From an uncultured Gammaproteobacteria bacterium (GTDB lineage: Bacteria; Patescibacteriota; Microgenomatia; Curtissbacterales; GWA2-41-24), in NCBI GenBank assembly GCA_964492425.1, contig CAZBKB010000005.1, positions 12,468-76,467 of the forward strand: a stretch of DNA of 64,000 bases. Reading direction: 5' to 3'. A program made the translations under genes and the position numbers. The notes under the pieces were generated by a model, which had not been told where the DNA came from, searched no databases, and saw nothing but the letters and a program-made list of their open reading frames with translations. Shown in pieces: positions 29,473 to 39,290 of the stretch (position 1 is the stretch's first letter; each line of letters begins with the position of its first letter).

Positions 29473-30556
29473 TCTCAAAATCGCTCTTTTTTGCGGTGGT
29501 AGTGGTACCCGTATGTGGCCTATGAGTCGCAAAAATTTACCTAAACAGTTTCAACCACTTATTGAAAACACGTCTACTTTCGAAATGATGATCACGCGTC
29601 TCACTAAAAAGTATCCGCACTCAAGCATATTCCCAGTAACAACCAGAGATAATGTTCAATGGATAGTAAAACTCGCCCCTGAAATTCCGCTGGAAAATAT
29701 CATTATTGAACCTGAGGTGAGAGATACAGCAGCAGCGGTTGGACTATCAGCCGCAGTTCTTGATAAAAAATTTGACAACCCTAATGTTCTCGGCCTTTGG
29801 AGTGATCACGTTGTAAGAAACGAAGAAGAATTTATAAGGGCTATTGAGCTTGCAAACGAAACAGCAAACGAGATGGACAAGTTTATAGAAATTGGTGTGC
29901 GCCCCACATTCCCCAGTGTCGCATTAGGATATTTAAAAGTCGGCAAGATGATTAAAAGATCAAACGGTATGGGCATTTTTGAATTTGTCACCCAAATAGA
30001 AAAGCCTGCTTACAAAGATGCTAAAAAATTTGTGGAATCTTGGGAATACCTTTGGCATATTGGCTATGCTCTTTGGTCAGCCAAAAAGATGCTTGGCTAT
30101 TATGAAAGATTTTTCAAGGAAGGCTGGGAACCTCTCATAAAAATACAAAAAGCCTGGGGAACACCTGATCAGGAGAAAATATTACAGAGAGAATATATCA
30201 ATATACCCAAAAACTCTATCGACTTTGCTGTTAATTCCCACCTAACAGGGGAGGATCAAATTGTTATTTCTACAGATCTCGGCTGGCGTGATGTTGGCAC
30301 TTGGAATGAGTTAAAAGATGAAATGGCGGCTAACCCTCGCGACAATATTATTCAGGGTGATGTAATAGATTTGGATCTGAAAGACTGCCTTGTTTACTCA
30401 TCACACAAACAAAAAATTATCGCGGCAATTGGTCTTGAGGGGCTGATAATTGTAGATACAGAGGACGCACTCTTGATCTGCCCAAAAGATAGGACTCAAG
30501 ATGTTAAGCAAATTATTGACAAACTCAAAGAGAGTAAAAGAGAAAGTCACCTTTAA
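29456..30556 (+). CDS. manC: Mannose-1-phosphate guanylyltransferase
   Basis: GGSGTRMWPMSRKNLPKQF, EP..RDTA, SIDFA, W.DVGTW. Confidence 0.9.
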   Translation: MPNQPDLKIALFCGGSGTRMWPMSRKNLPKQFQPLIENTSTFEMMITRLTKKYPHSSIFPVTTRDNVQWIVKLAPEIPLENIIIEPEVRDTAAAVGLSAAVLDKKFDNPNVLGLWSDHVVRNEEEFIRAIELANETANEMDKFIEIGVRPTFPSVALGYLKVGKMIKRSNGMGIFEFVTQIEKPAYKDAKKFVESWEYLWHIGYALWSAKKMLGYYERFFKEGWEPLIKIQKAWGTPDQEKILQREYINIPKNSIDFAVNSHLTGEDQIVISTDLGWRDVGTWNELKDEMAANPRDNIIQGDVIDLDLKDCLVYSSHKQKIIAAIGLEGLIIVDTEDALLICPKDRTQDVKQIIDKLKESKRESHL

Positions 30557-30565
30557 TTCCACTGC

Positions 30566-31216
30566 ATGTTTTACGACTTCACAAAAAGAATAATTGATAT
30601 TGTTGGAAGTATAATTGCACTTTTGATCGTCTCCCCTGTATTTGTTACTTTCGCAGTACTGGTTAAAATCACATCGACTGGCCCTATTTTTTACACACCA
30701 GTTAGAGTAGGCAAAGACGGAAGGCCTTTTAAAATGCTGAAATTTAGAAGTATGCAAATGTATAAAATCGGCGGAGTTTTAGTCCATGCTCAGAAATATC
30801 TTGACACAAACCCAAAGCTTAAAAAGGAGTATCAAAAAAATAGTTTCAAACTTACAAATGATCCGCGAGTTACGCCGATTGGGAAAATACTACGTAGGTT
30901 TTCAATAGATGAATTACCACAACTTATTAATATACTTACAGGAGACATGTCGCTGGTTGGCCCACGAGCATATCAGCAGGATGAGCTGCTTCATCAGCAA
31001 AAAGTTTATCCCAATACCGCAAAGTTCGTTAAAATCATTCTGAATGCCCGCCCGGGGGCATCCGGTCCCTGGCAGGTTTCCGGTAGATCATTTATTAACT
31101 TTGACACTAGAGTTCAAATGGATGCAACTTATGTTAAAAGAAGATCCACTCTCTACGATTTTTGGATAATCATCAGGACGCCGATTGCCATGATAACCGG
31201 AACAGGTGCCGTTTAA
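30566..31216 (+). CDS. Polyprenyl-phosphate sugar phosphotransferase (WcaJ/WbaP catalytic domain)
   Basis: KR..DI, KFRSM, DPRVT, DELPQL.N...GDMSLVGPR. Confidence 0.92.
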   Translation: MFYDFTKRIIDIVGSIIALLIVSPVFVTFAVLVKITSTGPIFYTPVRVGKDGRPFKMLKFRSMQMYKIGGVLVHAQKYLDTNPKLKKEYQKNSFKLTNDPRVTPIGKILRRFSIDELPQLINILTGDMSLVGPRAYQQDELLHQQKVYPNTAKFVKIILNARPGASGPWQVSGRSFINFDTRVQMDATYVKRRSTLYDFWIIIRTPIAMITGTGAV

Positions 31217-33022
31217 ATGAAAAAGTATAAGAGAATAATTCTAATATTAATCTTATTATTTTTCTTTTTTGGGGTATTTACCGCATTTAGTTTGTTTAAT
31301 GCTTACAAATCAGCAAAACACGTCTCTGCCGCTCTTAATTCTCAAGACCTTGATGCTGCTAAAAATTCTATAAAAAAGGCAAGAAATGAGCTCAAGATGG
31401 CCAATACGGCACTTATCGTCTTTACCCCGCTCAGATTCGTACCTCTGGTTGGTTGGTATATAGCAGATGTCCAGCGTGGTACATATGCCGCGGTTGCCAC
31501 TCTCGATGCGGCACAAGTTATGGCAGAAGCAATTACACCTTACGCGGACATTCTAGGCCTTAGGGGTCAAGGCACTTTTTTAGGTGGCACAGCCCAGGAG
31601 CGTGTTGCCAGTATCATTGAGACACTTTCCAAAGTTTCACCGCAGCTTAATGAAATTGGAGACAATTTAAAAGAAGCAAAGGATCAAATTAGTAAAATCC
31701 AAGCATGGAAATATCCGAATTTTCTACCTGGCAGACCAAAAGATAAAATAGAATCTGCCCAAACCGCCATTATTCAGTTTGAAACTTTAATAGTAGATGC
31801 CAAGCCTTTCATAGAGGTCTTGCCTGAAATAATGGGCCAAGGTAGTGAGAAAACTTATCTTGTACTGTTGCAAAACGACAAGGAGTTACGGCCAACAGGA
31901 GGCTTTATTACAGCATATGCAATACTGAAGGTTAACAAAGGTGATGTAAAAATAGAGCTTTCTGAAGATATTTATAAACTCGACGATACCCTAACAAAAA
32001 GAGTTGCGGCACCAGACCATATAAAAAAATACTTAGAGGTGCAGTCACTTAACTTGCGCGACTCAAATATATCACCAGATTATTTGTCATCCATCAAACT
32101 TTTTGAAGACCTTTACCAATACAGTACTGCGAAAAAGCAATATGAAGGTATTATCGCTTTGAATACAAACTTTGTCCTTAAAATGATAAAAGCGCTTGGG
32201 CCAATTGAGATTGATGGCACTAAATATACTGCGGAGGTAATAGACGAATGCGCCTGTCCGCAAATTATTTATCAGCTAGAACAATACACTGGGCAGCCTA
32301 CGCCTTTCCAAAGGGAAGACAGAAAGGGTATCATTGGCGTTCTTATGCAGCAGCTTCTGGCAAAAACTTTTGAAGCACCCCAGTCTACTTGGCCAGATAT
32401 TTTAGGAGCGGTTGTATCTTCACTTCAGGAAAAAGACCTGCTACTTTATTTTGAAAATATCTCAACCCAAGAGGCAGTTGAAAAAGTTAATTTTGCTGGC
32501 CGCATTTATCAATACGACAGTGATTTTTTACACATCAACGAAAGTAATCTTGGTGGAGCAAAATCGAACATTTACATAAAGGAAAAAGTTAAACAGGAAA
32601 TAAAAAGAGATAAAGATATTACTATAAAGAAAGTGACTATCGAATATAAATATCCTCGCAAAATGGACAACTGTAGCCTGGAGCGCAAAGGTGGTCTTTG
32701 TCTTGCCGGAATTTACAGAGACTGGATTCGTCTTTATGTTCCCAAGGGTTCAAAGATCATCGCAGCGAATGGAAGCGAAGCTCCCCTAGAAACCTATGAC
32801 GAGCTAGGCAAAACTGTGTTTGAAGGTTTTTTAACTGTGCGTCCCGAAGGTACTGCCAAATTTGAAATAGAATATTCACTGCCGATTGAGTTCTCAAAGG
32901 AGTATAAACTTCTCGTGCAAAAACAACCAGGGGCTCCGGCACATGAATACGAAATAAATGCTTTTGGCAAAAGAATATCATTCCCCCTTAATACTGATAA
33001 AGAATTTATTGCAAAAATTTAA
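31217..33022 (+). CDS. DUF4012-domain membrane-anchored protein
   Basis: YLVLLQN..ELRPTGGF, RDSN.SPD, KQPG. Confidence 0.8.
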   Translation: MKKYKRIILILILLFFFFGVFTAFSLFNAYKSAKHVSAALNSQDLDAAKNSIKKARNELKMANTALIVFTPLRFVPLVGWYIADVQRGTYAAVATLDAAQVMAEAITPYADILGLRGQGTFLGGTAQERVASIIETLSKVSPQLNEIGDNLKEAKDQISKIQAWKYPNFLPGRPKDKIESAQTAIIQFETLIVDAKPFIEVLPEIMGQGSEKTYLVLLQNDKELRPTGGFITAYAILKVNKGDVKIELSEDIYKLDDTLTKRVAAPDHIKKYLEVQSLNLRDSNISPDYLSSIKLFEDLYQYSTAKKQYEGIIALNTNFVLKMIKALGPIEIDGTKYTAEVIDECACPQIIYQLEQYTGQPTPFQREDRKGIIGVLMQQLLAKTFEAPQSTWPDILGAVVSSLQEKDLLLYFENISTQEAVEKVNFAGRIYQYDSDFLHINESNLGGAKSNIYIKEKVKQEIKRDKDITIKKVTIEYKYPRKMDNCSLERKGGLCLAGIYRDWIRLYVPKGSKIIAANGSEAPLETYDELGKTVFEGFLTVRPEGTAKFEIEYSLPIEFSKEYKLLVQKQPGAPAHEYEINAFGKRISFPLNTDKEFIAKI

Positions 33023-33028
33023 CATTTT

Positions 33029-33661
33029 ATGAATTTTAAATCAGAGGGAATTGTTCTCAGTAGAAAAAGTTTTCAGGAGGCAGATAGACTGGTTACCTTT
33101 TATACTAGAGATTACGGCAAAATTACCTGTATCGCCAAAGGTGTTAAAAGACCAAAATCAAGAAAAGCTGGACACTTGGAGCTTGCAACTTACTGTACTA
33201 TTTTTGTGGTCAAAGGCAAGAACATGGATATATTAACTGAAGTTGAAACTAAAAAAGCCTTTGGTCTGGAAAATCTTCCCAGCCAAAAAACGAATGAGAT
33301 ATATCATTTACTGGAACTTATTGACAACTTAACACCCACAAATCAAAAGAACAAAGAAGTCTTTGACTTGCTTGTAAGCTTTTTAAAAGTTATAAAAGAA
33401 AACAACAATTACGAGCTTCTTCTTGTTGCATTTAAAATCAAACTCTTGTCTATGCTTGGCTTTTTCTCCAGTAAAAATTTAAAAGATTCAAAATCTAAAG
33501 ATTTGCTGCAAAACTTTGAAACAAAAGACTTACAAACACTTCATAAAAAATTTAAAACAGGCTATAAATATTTGAAACTTTTAGCGTTTCTTGATAGCAT
33601 TATTGAAAAGATAACAGAGCGGAAACTTAAAACAAGTCGCTTTATACATGCCCAAATCTAA
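33029..33661 (+). CDS. recO: DNA repair protein RecO
   Basis: EGIVL....EADR....T...GK...AKG....SR. Confidence 0.9.
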   Translation: MNFKSEGIVLSRKSFQEADRLVTFYTRDYGKITCIAKGVKRPKSRKAGHLELATYCTIFVVKGKNMDILTEVETKKAFGLENLPSQKTNEIYHLLELIDNLTPTNQKNKEVFDLLVSFLKVIKENNNYELLLVAFKIKLLSMLGFFSSKNLKDSKSKDLLQNFETKDLQTLHKKFKTGYKYLKLLAFLDSIIEKITERKLKTSRFIHAQI

Positions 33662-34487
33662 AAGAAATCTTTACATTCTTGCTGCAGCGGCATTTGTTTT
33701 TATTTTTGCAGCAATATATTTTTTATTTGTTTTTCAAAAATCTCCAAAATTATCAAAAGTTGATAGATCAGCCTTTGAAGTAAAATCAATAATAGACATA
33801 GAAGTTACAAAAAGGCCTTTTGTAACACTTACCCCTACAGCACCTGGTGCAGAAATCATTATCTCCATAGAAAATATGAGCGAGTTTGATAATATTGAAT
33901 ACGAACTTACATACTTAGCAGATAATCCTCAAATTCCAGGAGAAAAGATTCAAAGAGGCTCAACTGGAATTGATGTTGACACAAAATCGCCCAAATATAA
34001 GAAATCGATGCTGCTGGGAACTGCCTCAAGAGGGGTATCCAATCCAGACAGGGGGATAGAGGAGGGTAAATTAACACTTCATATGTTCAAAGGTAATACT
34101 GAATACCAATCAGAAACTCCGTGGTATTTATTCGAGATAGGCCTTACTACAACCGAAATCTCAACACCTGATGGCAATTTAAGTATAAAAACCCCTAAAC
34201 TAACTAAAGATTATTTTGCGATTGTGTCAGATACGGTTGGTCTTCCTCCAGAAGGGGACATTGATAAGGGTAAAGCAGAATTACCAATTTATGGGGTCTT
34301 TTCAACTACTCCTAAATTCACCCAAAAAGCAGATCTTACACTTAGGGTAAAAGGTCAAAATTCAAAACTTTATATCTATAACAATCAAAATAACACTTGG
34401 GGTAATATTGACTCAACTCAAGCGGGAGAGAACATCAAAGCCAAAATTGAAATTTTCTCAACATATGTGGTAGTCTCCCAAAAATGA
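33648..34487 (+). CDS. Hypothetical membrane-anchored protein
   Basis: Single N-terminal TM helix; translationally coupled to both neighbours. Confidence 0.7.
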   Translation: MPKSKRNLYILAAAAFVFIFAAIYFLFVFQKSPKLSKVDRSAFEVKSIIDIEVTKRPFVTLTPTAPGAEIIISIENMSEFDNIEYELTYLADNPQIPGEKIQRGSTGIDVDTKSPKYKKSMLLGTASRGVSNPDRGIEEGKLTLHMFKGNTEYQSETPWYLFEIGLTTTEISTPDGNLSIKTPKLTKDYFAIVSDTVGLPPEGDIDKGKAELPIYGVFSTTPKFTQKADLTLRVKGQNSKLYIYNNQNNTWGNIDSTQAGENIKAKIEIFSTYVVVSQK

Positions 34488-35788
34488 CATTAGACAAGAT
34501 CGTCTCCTTTGCAAAAAGGCGTGGTTTTATTTACCCCGGTTCGGAAATATATGGCGGCCTTGGCGGTACATGGGATTATGGTCCTCTTGGTGTCGAGCTT
34601 AAGAACAACATCAAACGCGAATTTTGGAAATCCATGATCAACCTGCGCGAAGATGTTGTTGGTCTTGACGCTGCAATTATCATGAACCCAAAAGTATGGG
34701 AGGCATCAGGCCATATTCAGGCCTTTACCGATCCGTTGGTAGAATGCAAAATCTGCCACTCCCGCCTCAGGGCTGACCAGTTAGAAGAAATCCAAAGTCA
34801 CGAAGAAAATCACCAAGAAAAAGAAATTGTGTGGACCAATCCAAAAAAATTTAATTTACTTGTGGAGGCAAAGCTCGGAGTTGTGGAGAATTCAAAACAA
34901 AAAGTTTATCTTCGTGGGGAAATTACCCAAGGTGTTCATGTTAATTTTAAAAACGTTCTTGACTCAACCCGAGTTTCGATACCCTTTGGTATTGCACAAA
35001 TTGGAAAAGCTTTCAGAAACGAAATCACACCCGGTAATTTTACTTTCCGCTCGCGGGAATTTGAACAAATGGAACTGCAGTATTACATCAGACCCGAGGA
35101 GCAGGAATCTAAAAAATGGTACAAATACTGGAAAGAAGAACGAATGAAATGGTATCTCTCACTTGGGATGACCAAGAATAGTCTGCGATTCCGGCAGCAC
35201 GAAGAAAGCGAACGGGCACATTATGCTCTGGATGCTTGGGATATAGAGTACAATTCACCATTCGGCTGGAAAGAATTTGAGGGAATTCATCACCGTGGTG
35301 ATTGGGATCTCAAACGTCATCAAGAGTATTCCGGTCAGGATCTCACTTATTTCGACCAAGAATCTGGCAAAAAGTACTTGCCATACATCATTGAAACATC
35401 CGGTGGAGTAGACCGTGCAGCTTTATTTTTCTTATTAGATGCTTACAGTGAAGATAAAGATAGGATAGTTCTCAAACTTAATCCAAAGCTTGCCCCATAC
35501 AAAGCGGCAGTCTTTCCGCTCCTTGCAAACAAAAGCCAGCTGGTTAAAAAAGCAAGAAGTGTCTACCAGAAACTTAAAATATCGAATATTGGACCAGTTG
35601 CCTGGGACGACCGCGGTAATATCGGTAAACGTTACTTCGCCCAAGATGAGGCAGGAACGCCTTTCTGTATCACCATTGATTTTGAAACGCTAGAAGATGA
35701 TTCGGTCACAATCCGTGACCGCGACAGCGCCAGGCAAGAAAGAATAAAAATTTCTGAAATCAAAGTTCGCGTAGAAAAAAGTCTTTAA
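34484..35788 (+). CDS. glyQS: Glycine--tRNA ligase (alpha2 type)
   Basis: YGPLG..LK.NI, QIGKAFRNEITPGNF.FR.REFEQME, IGKRY..QDE.GTPFCITID. Confidence 0.95.
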   Translation: MTLDKIVSFAKRRGFIYPGSEIYGGLGGTWDYGPLGVELKNNIKREFWKSMINLREDVVGLDAAIIMNPKVWEASGHIQAFTDPLVECKICHSRLRADQLEEIQSHEENHQEKEIVWTNPKKFNLLVEAKLGVVENSKQKVYLRGEITQGVHVNFKNVLDSTRVSIPFGIAQIGKAFRNEITPGNFTFRSREFEQMELQYYIRPEEQESKKWYKYWKEERMKWYLSLGMTKNSLRFRQHEESERAHYALDAWDIEYNSPFGWKEFEGIHHRGDWDLKRHQEYSGQDLTYFDQESGKKYLPYIIETSGGVDRAALFFLLDAYSEDKDRIVLKLNPKLAPYKAAVFPLLANKSQLVKKARSVYQKLKISNIGPVAWDDRGNIGKRYFAQDEAGTPFCITIDFETLEDDSVTIRDRDSARQERIKISEIKVRVEKSL

Positions 35789-35871
35789 TTCTCTAGGTTC
35801 TAATTAAGGGACGGGTTGACTAACAGAATGTATCTTATCATACTGGTACCAGCACAAAAGCTAAAAAACTT

Positions 35872-37473
35872 GTGGCAACAATCCAAAATTTTGATTTAGA
35901 CGATAAACCATATGACCATTGCGGGATTGCGGCAGCTTTAGTCAAAGAGGGTATCAACGCTTCAAACATAGTTGTAGAAATGGGCAAAGCTCTCCAGCAC
36001 AGAGGCCAAAACGGTGGAGGACTTGGAGTAAAAGCGCAGGGCAAACTTCTCAAAATATATAAAAAAACACAAGCTTTCAACGAAATATTCCGCTCTGTAG
36101 AAGTCATTGAAGAGAATTCCTTAAGGGGTGAGCTTGCACTAGCTCACCTGAGATATCCAACCGAAGGTGCAAGTCGCGAAAATTGTGACGCCCAGCCATT
36201 TTTTGCTTCATATGGCGGTTGGGAAATTGCCCTTGGTCATAACGGGAGTATAGTTGATGTCAAACGGCACAAAAACAAACTCAAGAAATTCAATATAAAA
36301 ACCGATTCCGATTCTGACAGCGAAATCCTTGCATGGCTTATTGTGACAGCTCCCGGAATCACTTGGAAGCAAAAAGTTTCAACTGCCCTAGCCGACGTCA
36401 AAGGGGCTTATTCCCTGGCAATGATCACAAATGACGATAAGCTGTTGGCTCTTCGCGACCCATGGGGTATCAGACCTCTTGTCTGGACCCAAGACAACGG
36501 ACATGTCTTTGTAGCATCAGAAACTTGTGCCCTCGATAGAATAAGTATCAGAAATAGTCAAAAACTTGATGCAGGAAAACTCTTGATTGCAGACAAGGAT
36601 GGCGTGACAATTACAGATTATACTTTGGCGCAAAAACAAAGCTTTTGCGTATTTGAAAAACTTTACTTCTCAAATGAAACCTCAACCTGGGACGGTGTAA
36701 TTGGTGAAAATAGAGAAGCTTTAGGGCAGGAACTTGCCAGACAAGAAATAAGATTGCTTGAAAAAGGAGAAATTAAAAAGGAAGTATTTAATAAGATAGA
36801 TTATATTGTTGCAGTTCCGGATACTGCGCGACCAGGGGCATTTGCCTTCTATGAAACATTAAAGCACGAATTGCCTGCAATGCCAAAATTTAGGTACTTC
36901 AGAGGTCTTGTTAAAGAAAGATACGATTACGCAAAAAGAACATTTATAGAGGATGATCCATTTCTTAGAAAGCGTCACATAGAAAAAAAGTTTTTCGTTT
37001 CCCCAACCATAATAGGCAAATCTATTTATCTTATAGATGATACTGCAGTAAGACTTAATACATATAAAATCTTAGTCGAGCATTTACTTAAAATCGGGGT
37101 TATGGAGATTCATTGTAGATTCCTAGCACCAAAGTTTGTAAATCCATGTTTTTTAGGAGTTAATATAGGTTCTCGAGATGAATTAGGGGCTGTTAAAAAA
37201 GACAAAAATGGCAAATATACAATATTTAGTGATGAAGCAATAAGAAAGATGCTAAACGTTGCATCAGTCAAATATCTTTCTATACAAGGTTTAGCCAAAT
37301 CTCTAGGTTTAACACAGGAAGAAATGCAAGAAAGTCATTGTACAGGTTGCCTTAACTACCATAACCCTTTCGACATGAGACAGTTTGATAAGGAATATAA
37401 AAATACGCCATACGCTGTGAAAGGACCAGCAGAAACTAAGCTCCAAATTTACTCACAGGTTCAAGCAATTTAG
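35872..37473 (+). CDS. purF: Amidophosphoribosyltransferase
   Basis: Propeptide then CGI, LQHRGQ, H.RYPT, HNG, DSDSE, RDPWGIRPL, ASETCAL. Confidence 0.88.
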   Translation: MATIQNFDLDDKPYDHCGIAAALVKEGINASNIVVEMGKALQHRGQNGGGLGVKAQGKLLKIYKKTQAFNEIFRSVEVIEENSLRGELALAHLRYPTEGASRENCDAQPFFASYGGWEIALGHNGSIVDVKRHKNKLKKFNIKTDSDSDSEILAWLIVTAPGITWKQKVSTALADVKGAYSLAMITNDDKLLALRDPWGIRPLVWTQDNGHVFVASETCALDRISIRNSQKLDAGKLLIADKDGVTITDYTLAQKQSFCVFEKLYFSNETSTWDGVIGENREALGQELARQEIRLLEKGEIKKEVFNKIDYIVAVPDTARPGAFAFYETLKHELPAMPKFRYFRGLVKERYDYAKRTFIEDDPFLRKRHIEKKFFVSPTIIGKSIYLIDDTAVRLNTYKILVEHLLKIGVMEIHCRFLAPKFVNPCFLGVNIGSRDELGAVKKDKNGKYTIFSDEAIRKMLNVASVKYLSIQGLAKSLGLTQEEMQESHCTGCLNYHNPFDMRQFDKEYKNTPYAVKGPAETKLQIYSQVQAI

Positions 37474-37515
37474 TACTCAGATTTTTAAAGTTCTAATAGT
37501 AGCTTAAAACACCCA

Positions 37516-37570
37516 TTGACAATCGAATAAAAATGGTGAAAAATGGTTATAGATGGTGAATATTGGTGAT
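37516..37570 (+). promoter_or_regulatory. dcw promoter with four 10-bp-periodic TGGT(G) repeats, probable MraZ boxes
   Basis: TTGACA at 37516; AAATGGTGAA AAATGGTTAT AGATGGTGAA TATTGGTGAT upstream of mraZ. Confidence 0.8.
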
Positions 37571-37662
37571 TCTGAATAATATAGAACACCAATTAAGCCC
37601 CGATAGCTTAGCTGCCCGGGTGTTTTACTAGCCTCTTCGAGAAAAGGTTGTAAGGGATTCCA

Positions 37663-38064
37663 ATGTTTTTGGGCAGCTATGTACCTTCGTTTGATTTAAC
37701 TACGAGAAGGATTGCTTTGCCAAAAAAAATACGTGACTATCTTGCGACAAGTGAAATCATACTATCCTACGGCTTCGATAAATGCCTGTTTGGCTTTGAT
37801 ATTAAATCCTGGCAACAAGAGGCAAACAAACAGCTTAATTTACCGCTTACCGACAAACGCTCACGCAATATTCGCCGATTCTTCTTTTCTTCAGCAATCC
37901 GTATCATGCTTGATGATCAAGGCCGTTTTGTCATACCTCTTGCTTTATTGGAGTATGCGCAAATAAAAGAACCAGTAATTACTGGTTCTGGAGATCATTT
38001 TGAAATTTGGGATCAACAGATTTGGAAAGAACAACTGAAAAAGATAACAGCGCAAGAGACATGA
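37663..38064 (+). CDS. mraZ: Transcriptional regulator MraZ
   Basis: MFLG, D...RIALP, D.QGR..IP, G.GDHFEIW. Confidence 0.92.
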   Translation: MFLGSYVPSFDLTTRRIALPKKIRDYLATSEIILSYGFDKCLFGFDIKSWQQEANKQLNLPLTDKRSRNIRRFFFSSAIRIMLDDQGRFVIPLALLEYAQIKEPVITGSGDHFEIWDQQIWKEQLKKITAQET

Positions 38065-38924
38065 TTCGGTTTCATACAAGCGTACTTCTAAATGAGGCGA
38101 TAGGTTTTTTGAAGCCAGAAAGCGGTAAGAGTTTTATAGATGCGACAGCTGGAGGCGGGGGTCACACACAAGACCTGCTAAAAAGAGGAGCAAGAGTTTT
38201 AGCGCTGGATAGGGATCCAGAGGCAATTGAATACTTAAAGCAAAAAAAAGAGGAAAATTTAACAGTCGAAAAAGGAAATTTTTCGCACATTTATACAATT
38301 GCACAAGAAAACGGGTTTAAAGAAGTAGACGGCATTCTTTTTGATCTTGGTGTTTCCTCTTATCAACTAGAATCAGCGCAGAGGGGATTTAGCTTTCAAA
38401 AAGATGGGCCACTAGACATGCGCATGGAGCCTGAACTTGAAGTGCAAGCTAGTAATATTGTTAATCATTTTGAGAAAAGGAGGTTGAATGAAATCTTTAA
38501 AGTATTTGGTCAAGAAAAGCTTAGTTTGGCAATTGCTGAGGCTATTTGCAGCACCCGTCAAATAAAGCTGCTTGAAACTACAAAAGATTTAGAAAAAGTA
38601 GTTTATGAGGTGTATAGGAAAAAAAACGTAAAGACAAAGTTGCATCCTGCAACAAAAGTTTTTCAGGCACTACGGATAGTAGTAAATAGCGAACTTTTAA
38701 ATTTAGAAGAAGCCTTGCCGCAGACGACACGGTTACTAAAAAAAAGTGGCCGGTTGGTAATTGTAAGTTTTCATTCTCTTGAAGATGCAATAGTCAAACG
38801 ATTCTTCAAGGACTGTAAAGAATTAAAAACGCTTACAAAACTACCTATCGGCCCAAGTATCTTAGAAATACAAAGAAATCCAAGGTCAAGAAGCGCAAAA
38901 CTTAGGGCAGCAGAAAAACTCTAA
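38061..38924 (+). CDS. rsmH: 16S rRNA m4C1402 methyltransferase
   Basis: H.SVLL.E, DAT.G.GGH, DLGVSS.QL, FQALRI.VN, NPRSRSAKLR. Confidence 0.96.
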   Translation: MIRFHTSVLLNEAIGFLKPESGKSFIDATAGGGGHTQDLLKRGARVLALDRDPEAIEYLKQKKEENLTVEKGNFSHIYTIAQENGFKEVDGILFDLGVSSYQLESAQRGFSFQKDGPLDMRMEPELEVQASNIVNHFEKRRLNEIFKVFGQEKLSLAIAEAICSTRQIKLLETTKDLEKVVYEVYRKKNVKTKLHPATKVFQALRIVVNSELLNLEEALPQTTRLLKKSGRLVIVSFHSLEDAIVKRFFKDCKELKTLTKLPIGPSILEIQRNPRSRSAKLRAAEKL

Positions 38925-38939
38925 CACAGGAGAATATTT

Positions 38940-39272
38940 ATGAAACTGCCTAGAGACTATAAAAAGGAACAATTTAATAAAATTAATCAGATTAGCATCT
39001 TGCCAACAGTTGCAGGTTCAATTCGGCTTAAAGTTGTGTTTATTTCTTTATTTTTACTTGTCGGGCTAGTTTTTGTACAACTAGTATTTGCAAATAGTTT
39101 GGCAACCGACGGTGAAAAACTTTCACTCACTCAAGAGGAAATTAGAAGGCTCGAGCGTGAAAATACAACTCTTAAAGCAGAAATAGCTGAAGTCTCAGCG
39201 CTTACAAAATTAGCCCAAAAGGCCAAGGATGACGGATTCATAAAACCAAAATCTATAACGACTATCGACTAA
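38940..39272 (+). CDS. ftsL: FtsL-like cell division protein
   Basis: One TM helix plus coiled coil, between rsmH and the PBP gene. Confidence 0.65.
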   Translation: MKLPRDYKKEQFNKINQISILPTVAGSIRLKVVFISLFLLVGLVFVQLVFANSLATDGEKLSLTQEEIRRLERENTTLKAEIAEVSALTKLAQKAKDDGFIKPKSITTID

Positions 39273-39290
39273 TTTTGTTAAACTGATTAA

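Noticed and set aside
37531-37570. 10-bp periodic repeats as a novel element
   Set aside because: Explained by known MraZ autoregulatory boxes
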